A stretch of DNA of 62,370 nucleotides, filler included. It is 4 parts of 4 records of this genome, joined end to end, with 100 filler letters (N's around TTAATTAATTAA, not from the genome) between each part and the next. Parts side by side here need not be neighbours in the genome. Positions count along the whole stretch, not along the records: positions 57,098 to 62,370 come from DRR723986_3036; 3 more parts are not named here. One strand, 5' to 3'. Both the position numbers and the translations under genes were made by a program. A model generated the notes under the pieces. It made no database searches. It saw nothing but the letters and a program-made list of their open reading frames with translations, and was not told the origin of the DNA. This document shows, piece after piece, positions 56,998-62,370 of this stretch. How positions within the stretch are numbered: the stretch's first letter is position 1; each line of letters opens with the position of its first letter.

Positions 56998-57097
56998 NNN
57001 NNNNNNNNNNNNNNNNNNNNNNNNNNNNNNNNNNNNNNNNNTTAATTAATTAANNNNNNNNNNNNNNNNNNNNNNNNNNNNNNNNNNNNNNNNNNNN
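56998..57097. other. Artificial contig linker
   Basis: 44 N + TTAATTAATTAA + 44 N. Confidence 0.98.
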
Positions 57098-57424
57098 GCG
57101 GTAGAAGATCAGCGGGAACTGTTCCTGATCGCGGATGCCAAGGATCACCAGCGCGGTCAGCCGCTCCGGGTCCGTCACCACGCCATCGGTGCAGACGCCC
57201 TCGCGGGCCAGCTGTTCGAGGATGAACCGGCCCATGTGCTCGTCGCCGACGCGGGAAATCAGCGCCGTCTTCAGCCCCAGCCGCGAGGTGCCGCAGGCGA
57301 TGTTGGTGGGCGAGCCGCCGATGTACTTGTCGAACGACCCCATGTCCTCGAGCCGCCCGCCGATTTGCGCGCCGTAAAGGTCCACGCCCGCGCGGCCGAT
57401 GGTGATGACGTCGAGATCCTTCAT
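57098..57424 (-). CDS. iolC: 5-dehydro-2-deoxygluconokinase, 3'-truncated
   Basis: [45 protein letters not shown]. Confidence 0.92.
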
Positions 57425-58542
57425 GTCGCTTCTCCCAAAGTGACCGGGCGACCGTCCGAGGCCGCCATTGCGTGTATGATGCGCTCTATCGCGAGGCCCT
57501 CGGCAAAGTCGGGGCCGGTGTTCGGCTGGCCGCCGATGGCCGCCAGCAGATCGCGCGCTTCGATGACCTTCATCTCGTTGAAGCCGAAGTTGTGCCCCGC
57601 GCCGGGGCAGAAGGCGGCGAAATCCGGCTGATCGGGTCCCGTGAGATGGCGGGTGAACCCGGCTTCGCCACCGCGATGCAGCCAGAGCTCGTTCATGTTC
57701 TCCTGATCGAAGACCAGCGTGCCGTCAGAGCCGTGGATCTCCCATTGCAGGCGGCACTTGCGCCCGCGCGCCACCCGCGAGGTGGCAAAGGACCCCTGCG
57801 CGCCCGAGGCGAAACGGAGCAACGCCAGCGCGCTGTCCTCGTTCTCGACCGGCTTCGGGCCGTCGGGCGAGGAGCGTTGGGGGATGGCGATCTGCGTCAT
57901 GGCCGTCAGCTCTGCCACCGGCCCCATCAGCGCGATCATCTGGCTGACGAGGTGGCAGCCAAGGTCGCCAAGCGCGCCAAGGCCGCCGCCCTCACGGGTC
58001 AGCCGCCATGACCACGGCAGGGCCGGATCGGCGGAGTAATCCTCGTCATAGACACCGCGGAAGGCGCGCGGCTCTCCGATCTCGCCCGCAGCGATCATCG
58101 CGCGGGCAGCCTGAAAGGCGGGGCTGCGGCGGTAGTTGTAGCCCAGCATGGTCACCTGACCGGGCCGGGCGGCGGCCAGCGCCGCCATGGCCTCGGCATC
58201 CTCCAGCGTCAGCGCCATGGGCTTTTCCAGCCAGACGTGTTTGCCCGCCTCCAGCGCCGCCTCCGCCATGGGGCGGTGCAGCCCGTTCGGCGTGGTGATC
58301 GAGACGACATCCACCGCCGGGTCGGCCACCGCCGCCTGCCAGTCGGTCGTCGCCCGCCGGAACCCGAAGGCCGCCGCATGGGTCTGCGCCGCCGTATCGG
58401 TGACGTCGCAGAGCACCTCGAGCCGGGGACGCGGCACGCCGAAGACAGTGGCCACGTTGTTCCATGCCATCGCGTGGCACTTGCCCATGAAGCCCGTACC
58501 GATCAGGGCCACGCCAAGCGGGGATTTGACTGTGTCGGCCAT
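57421..58542 (-). CDS. Gfo/Idh/MocA oxidoreductase (inositol dehydrogenase-like)
   Basis: [28 protein letters not shown]. Confidence 0.92.
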   Translation of the reverse strand: MADTVKSPLGVALIGTGFMGKCHAMAWNNVATVFGVPRPRLEVLCDVTDTAAQTHAAAFGFRRATTDWQAAVADPAVDVVSITTPNGLHRPMAEAALEAGKHVWLEKPMALTLEDAEAMAALAAARPGQVTMLGYNYRRSPAFQAARAMIAAGEIGEPRAFRGVYDEDYSADPALPWSWRLTREGGGLGALGDLGCHLVSQMIALMGPVAELTAMTQIAIPQRSSPDGPKPVENEDSALALLRFASGAQGSFATSRVARGRKCRLQWEIHGSDGTLVFDQENMNELWLHRGGEAGFTRHLTGPDQPDFAAFCPGAGHNFGFNEMKVIEARDLLAAIGGQPNTGPDFAEGLAIERIIHAMAASDGRPVTLGEAT

Positions 58543-58597
58543 GGCCATCTTTCCGGTGGAAGGGTCGTGGCGGGCGGCGCACTGGCCGCCCGGCCTT

Positions 58598-59419
58598 TCA
58601 GATCGTGCCGCCCAGCGAGCCTTCGAGCTGCGCCAGCTCCTGCCCGCCTGCCATGAGGTCCTGAAGCTCCGAGGCTTCGATCTCTCCGCGCACGGCGGTA
58701 CCAAGCGTCTGGCCCCGGTTCAACACGGTGAACCGGTCGCCCACCGCCAGCGCGTGGCGCACGTTGTGGCTGATGAAGACCACGCCGACGCCCTGCTTGC
58801 GCACCCGGTCGATGGTCGACAGCACGTTCGAGGTCTGCCGCACGCCAAGCGCCGAGGTCGGCTCGTCGAGGATCAGCACCTTGGCGCCGAAATAGACGGC
58901 GCGGGCGATGGCGACGGTCTGGCGTTCCCCGCCCGACAGCGTGCCCACGGCCTGATCGGGGGCGCGCAGGTTGATGCCCATCTTGCGCATCTCTTCCATG
59001 GTGATCTCGTTGGCGCGCTCGATGTCGAACCGCTTGGCAAGCCCCCTGCCCTTCGTCGGCTCGCGCCCCATGAAGAAGTTGCGGGTGACGCTCATCAGCG
59101 GGATCATCGCGAGGTCCTGGAACACCGTGGCGATCCCGGCCTCCATCGCCTCTCGCGGGCTGCCGAAGGACAGCGGCTTGCCCTCGAAGAAGATCTGGCC
59201 CGAGGTCGGCTTGTGCACGCCGGACATGGTCTTGATGAAGGTCGACTTGCCCGCGCCGTTGTCGCCCAGAAGGCAGTGGCATTCGCCCGGGGTCACGTCG
59301 AAGGTCACGCCGTTCAACGCGATCACGTTGCCGAAGTGCTTCTTGATGTCCTCCATGTGGATGATGGGCTTGGCGTTGGTGGCGACGTCGCCGTGGTGGA
59401 ACTTGGTGTCTGCGGTCAT
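58598..59419 (-). CDS. Sugar (inositol) ABC ATP-binding protein
   Basis: [28 protein letters not shown]. Confidence 0.93.
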   Translation of the reverse strand: MTADTKFHHGDVATNAKPIIHMEDIKKHFGNVIALNGVTFDVTPGECHCLLGDNGAGKSTFIKTMSGVHKPTSGQIFFEGKPLSFGSPREAMEAGIATVFQDLAMIPLMSVTRNFFMGREPTKGRGLAKRFDIERANEITMEEMRKMGINLRAPDQAVGTLSGGERQTVAIARAVYFGAKVLILDEPTSALGVRQTSNVLSTIDRVRKQGVGVVFISHNVRHALAVGDRFTVLNRGQTLGTAVRGEIEASELQDLMAGGQELAQLEGSLGGTI

Positions 59420-59420
59420 C

Positions 59421-60527
59421 TCAGCGTTCCCCCGTCACACGCTTGCGGATCACGTTGTTGAAGACCACCGCCAGCAGCAGCATGCCGCCGAGGAAGATCT
59501 GGAACCAGTCCTGGTCGAAGTCGGTGTAGGTCAAGCCGATGGTAACCATGCCAAAGATGATCGCCCCGAAGAAGGCCCCGATGGCAGAGCCATAGCCGCC
59601 GGTCAGAAGGCAGCCGCCGATGACCGCGGTGATGATCGCCTCGAATTCCTTCATGAAGCCGCGGCGGGCGTCGGTCGATCCGGCGTCGATCACGGTGATG
59701 ATGGCGACCAGCGCGGCGGCGCAGGCGGTCAGCATGAAGAGGCTGATCTTGACCTTGCGCACCGGCACGCCCGAATTGGTCGCGGCGTTGCTGTCGCCGC
59801 CGGTGGCGAAGATCCAGTTGCCCGCCGGGGTGCGCAGCAGCACGTAGGTGGCCACCAGAGCGAGGACGATGAACCACAGGATCTCGACCGGGATGCCGGG
59901 CACCTTGGGCGCGCCGTTCTTGAAGGTCTCGATCAGTCCGAGAGAGGCGAGCCATGCGAAGAGGCCGCCGAAGGCTTCGCCCGAGAACAGCGGCGCCAGC
60001 CAGTCGCCCTCGACCGCGTCGCGCACGCCGCGCAACTGGGTGGAGCCGCCGGTGAAGAGCTTCAGCCCGACCAGAGCGGCGCCGCGCAGGATGAACAGGC
60101 CGGCAAGCGTGACGATGAAGGACGGCAGGCCGGTCTTCAGCACGATGGAGCCATTGACCGCCCCGATGGCGGCGGCAAGGGCCAGGGTAAGCGGGATGGC
60201 GACGATCAGCGGCAGCCCCATGTTGACCGTGAAGACACCGAAGACCATCCCGGCGAAGGCCACCATCGAGCCGATCGAAAGGTCGAATTCGCCGCCGATC
60301 ATCAGCATCGCCGCGGCAATGCCGAGGATGCCGAGCTGTGCGGCAGGGGTCATGAAGTTCATGATGCCGGACAGGGTGAACATGGCGCTGTCGGCGGTGA
60401 TCAGGAAGAACAGGGTCACGAGGATCACGCCCCCGATCGCCCCAAGTTCCGGCCGTTTCATGAGTTTCGTCGTGAAGGACTCCGCGCGGATGCGCTCGTC
60501 CACATGGGCCTGTGTATCGGCTGCCAT
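59421..60527 (-). CDS. Sugar (inositol) ABC permease
   Basis: [39 protein letters not shown]. Confidence 0.93.
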   Translation of the reverse strand: MAADTQAHVDERIRAESFTTKLMKRPELGAIGGVILVTLFFLITADSAMFTLSGIMNFMTPAAQLGILGIAAAMLMIGGEFDLSIGSMVAFAGMVFGVFTVNMGLPLIVAIPLTLALAAAIGAVNGSIVLKTGLPSFIVTLAGLFILRGAALVGLKLFTGGSTQLRGVRDAVEGDWLAPLFSGEAFGGLFAWLASLGLIETFKNGAPKVPGIPVEILWFIVLALVATYVLLRTPAGNWIFATGGDSNAATNSGVPVRKVKISLFMLTACAAALVAIITVIDAGSTDARRGFMKEFEAIITAVIGGCLLTGGYGSAIGAFFGAIIFGMVTIGLTYTDFDQDWFQIFLGGMLLLAVVFNNVIRKRVTGER

Positions 60528-60589
60528 GGTCCCCTCCCGTTGGAATGAGCGGACCGCGCACCGGATGCGCGCGGTCCCGTGTCAGTGGA

Positions 60590-61513
60590 TCAGCGGATGC
60601 CCTGCGCGGAGAGGTCGATGACCTTCGCGGCGGAGTCCTGGGTCACGAGGTTCGGACCCGAGGGCACGTTGCCGCCCGGCATCAGCCCGTATTCGGCGTT
60701 CAGCGCAAGGAAGACGACGGGCAGGTAGCCCTGCAGGAACTGCTGCTGGTCGATGGCAAAGGCCGCGTCGCCGTCGGCAACCGCCTGAAGGAAGCCCGCC
60801 GACAGGTCGAAGGAGGCGACGAGAACGTCATCGCGGCCAAGCGCCTTGACGGCGGCGACGGCGGGCTCACCCACCAGCGAGGCGCCAAGACCAAGGACCG
60901 TGTCCACGTCCGGGTCGGATTCCAGCGCGGCGCGGACCTTGGATTCCACCTCGGTCGGGTCGTTCTGCGTGGGGATCACGGTCACGTCCTGACCGAAGCC
61001 CTCGGCAAAGCCTTCGCAACGCTGATCGAGCGACACGTTGCCCACTTCCTGGTTGACGCAGATGCCCTTGGTGCCACCCATCTCGGCCAGCTTCTTGCCG
61101 GCGGCCATGCCCGCGTCATACTCGGACTGGCCGACATGCAGCAGCGCGCCCAGATCGGCGGCGACGTCGGAACCGGAGTTCATCGAGATCACCGGGATGC
61201 CTGCGGCCACGGCGCGCTCGATGGACGGCCCGAGGGCGTCGCCATCGGGGATCGAAACCACGAGGCCATCGGGCTCCTGGTTCACGGCGGCGTCGATCAG
61301 CTGGCTCATCTGGACCATGTCGAAGGTCTCGGGCGAGCGGAATTCGACGGTAGCGCCGGTGTCTTCGCCGGCCTTCTGCACGCCGTTCTTGACGACCGAC
61401 CAGAAGGGGTCGTTGGCCTGACCATGTGCCACGACGATGATGTCGGCAGCCATGGCCGGGGCGGCGACTGCCAGCGCGGCGACGGTGGCGACCGAAGCGA
61501 GAAGCTTGTTCAT
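60590..61513 (-). CDS. Sugar (inositol) ABC substrate-binding protein
   Basis: Signal peptide ending AMA-A; HGQANDPFWSVVKNG, AIDQQQFLQGY. Confidence 0.93.
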   Translation of the reverse strand: MNKLLASVATVAALAVAAPAMAADIIVVAHGQANDPFWSVVKNGVQKAGEDTGATVEFRSPETFDMVQMSQLIDAAVNQEPDGLVVSIPDGDALGPSIERAVAAGIPVISMNSGSDVAADLGALLHVGQSEYDAGMAAGKKLAEMGGTKGICVNQEVGNVSLDQRCEGFAEGFGQDVTVIPTQNDPTEVESKVRAALESDPDVDTVLGLGASLVGEPAVAAVKALGRDDVLVASFDLSAGFLQAVADGDAAFAIDQQQFLQGYLPVVFLALNAEYGLMPGGNVPSGPNLVTQDSAAKVIDLSAQGIR

Positions 61514-61643
61514 TCGGGTATCCTCCCTTGGATAGGTTCGCGGCATTTCATCGTGCCGCCTTGTGTACCCGGCGCGTCTGCGCCGGATGCGGTGATCCCG
61601 CTGCGTCCCCCCTCCCCGGGTGCCGCAGCGGGAAATCCTGTCG

Positions 61644-62369
61644 TCAGCCCTGAAGCGCGACGGCCTGTCCGGTCTTCGCGGACTGCGTGGCGGCCTCGGC
61701 CATCGCCAGCGCGGCGATGCCGTCCGCCAGCGTCACCGGCAGGTCGGCGCCGTCCAGCAGGGCGGCGACGAAGGCCTCCCACTCGGCGGCATAGGCCGGC
61801 ATGTAGCGTTCGAGGAAGAAGTACGTGGGCTTGGCCGCCGAGACGCCTGCCGTGGTCGACTTCACCACGGTGTTCTCCAGCATGTTGCCGGCCTGAAGCA
61901 GCCCCTCGGAGCCCAGCAACTCGACCCGCTGGTCATAGCCATAGACCGCGCGGCGGCTGTTCTTGATGACGGCGATCCGGCCATCGGCATAGGTCAGCGT
62001 CACCACGGCGGTGTCGACGTCGCCCGCAGCCCCGATCTCGGGATCGACGATGGCACTGCCGACCGCGCGCACCGTGACGGGGCGCTCTCCCATGATGAAA
62101 TTCGCCATGTCGAAGTCGTGGATCATCATGTCGCGGAACAGCCCGCCCGAGACCTTGATGTAGCTCACCGGCGGCGGCGCCGGGTCGAAGGACGTGACCG
62201 AGAGCAGTTCCGACTTGCCGATCTCGCCAGCGAGGCTTGCCGCCTTGAGCGATGCGAAGTTCGGATCGAAGCGGCGGTTGAAGCCGATCATGACCGGCTT
62301 GCCGGTCTTCTCGACGGCAGCAAGACACTGCTGCGCCCGCTCCAGCGACAGATCGACCGGCTTTTCGCA
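61644..62369 (-). CDS. iolG: myo-Inositol 2-dehydrogenase, 5'-truncated by the window edge
   Basis: CEKPVDL, GFNRRFDP, SGGLFRDMMIHDFD, SRRAVYGYDQR, FFLERY. Confidence 0.92.
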   Translation of the reverse strand, partial: CEKPVDLSLERAQQCLAAVEKTGKPVMIGFNRRFDPNFASLKAASLAGEIGKSELLSVTSFDPAPPPVSYIKVSGGLFRDMMIHDFDMANFIMGERPVTVRAVGSAIVDPEIGAAGDVDTAVVTLTYADGRIAVIKNSRRAVYGYDQRVELLGSEGLLQAGNMLENTVVKSTTAGVSAAKPTYFFLERYMPAYAAEWEAFVAALLDGADLPVTLADGIAALAMAEAATQSAKTGQAVALQG

Positions 62370-62370
62370 G

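Noticed and set aside
57098..62370. Novelty in the iol operon
   Set aside because: Standard alphaproteobacterial order: iolG, ABC transporter, Gfo/Idh/MocA, iolC.

Overview
The window is not one contiguous locus. It is four alphaproteobacterial contigs joined by identical 100-bp artificial linkers (44 N + TTAATTAATTAA + 44 N) at 14798-14897, 27583-27682 and 56998-57097. Contigs 1 and 3 have moderate GC and contigs 2 and 4 are visibly much more GC-rich, so they may come from different organisms. Contig 1 (1-14797) carries fdxA-fpr, a CoA-dependent catabolic cluster (crotonase, SDR, Fcs-like ligase, acyl-CoA dehydrogenase, Cys-less DUF35, non-canonical thiolase), a 251-bp internally deleted IS3, a serine-recombinase/att relic, and a mobC-relaxase-VirD4 mobilisation module with a CBS-GGDEF gene. 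Contig 2 (14898-27582) carries YccA/BI-1, a LysR with a divergent small ORF, two unexplained GC-rich repeat tracts, and a TetR-linked GMC oxidoreductase/GlcG/sugar-ABC/Zn-dehydrogenase/cupin cluster. Contig 3 (27683-56997) carries a Cys-tailed MarR opposite an RpoH-like sigma, a truncated FseA-like (DUF6499) gene colliding with a truncated GDSL esterase, a TonB receptor-TauE pair, a desaturase/PaaX pair and an MFS gene with a nonsense codon. It also has a ~14-kb stress/low-oxygen-type island (cytochrome c, short class II RNR, DUF3775, USP, MacAB-like exporter, AtsE/baeRF, MgtC-DUF4010, beta-CASP nuclease, AMP/thymidine phosphorylase, PRPP synthetase), pabBAC and the 3' half of tRNA-Glu. Contig 4 (57098-62370) is an inositol (iol) uptake/catabolism operon. 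The best candidate for an under-described system is the island at 38373-52144, which could couple RNA breakdown, nucleotide salvage, O2-independent dNTP synthesis and ribosome dormancy; that coupling is inference. All family calls come from motif recognition by eye, not from database searches.
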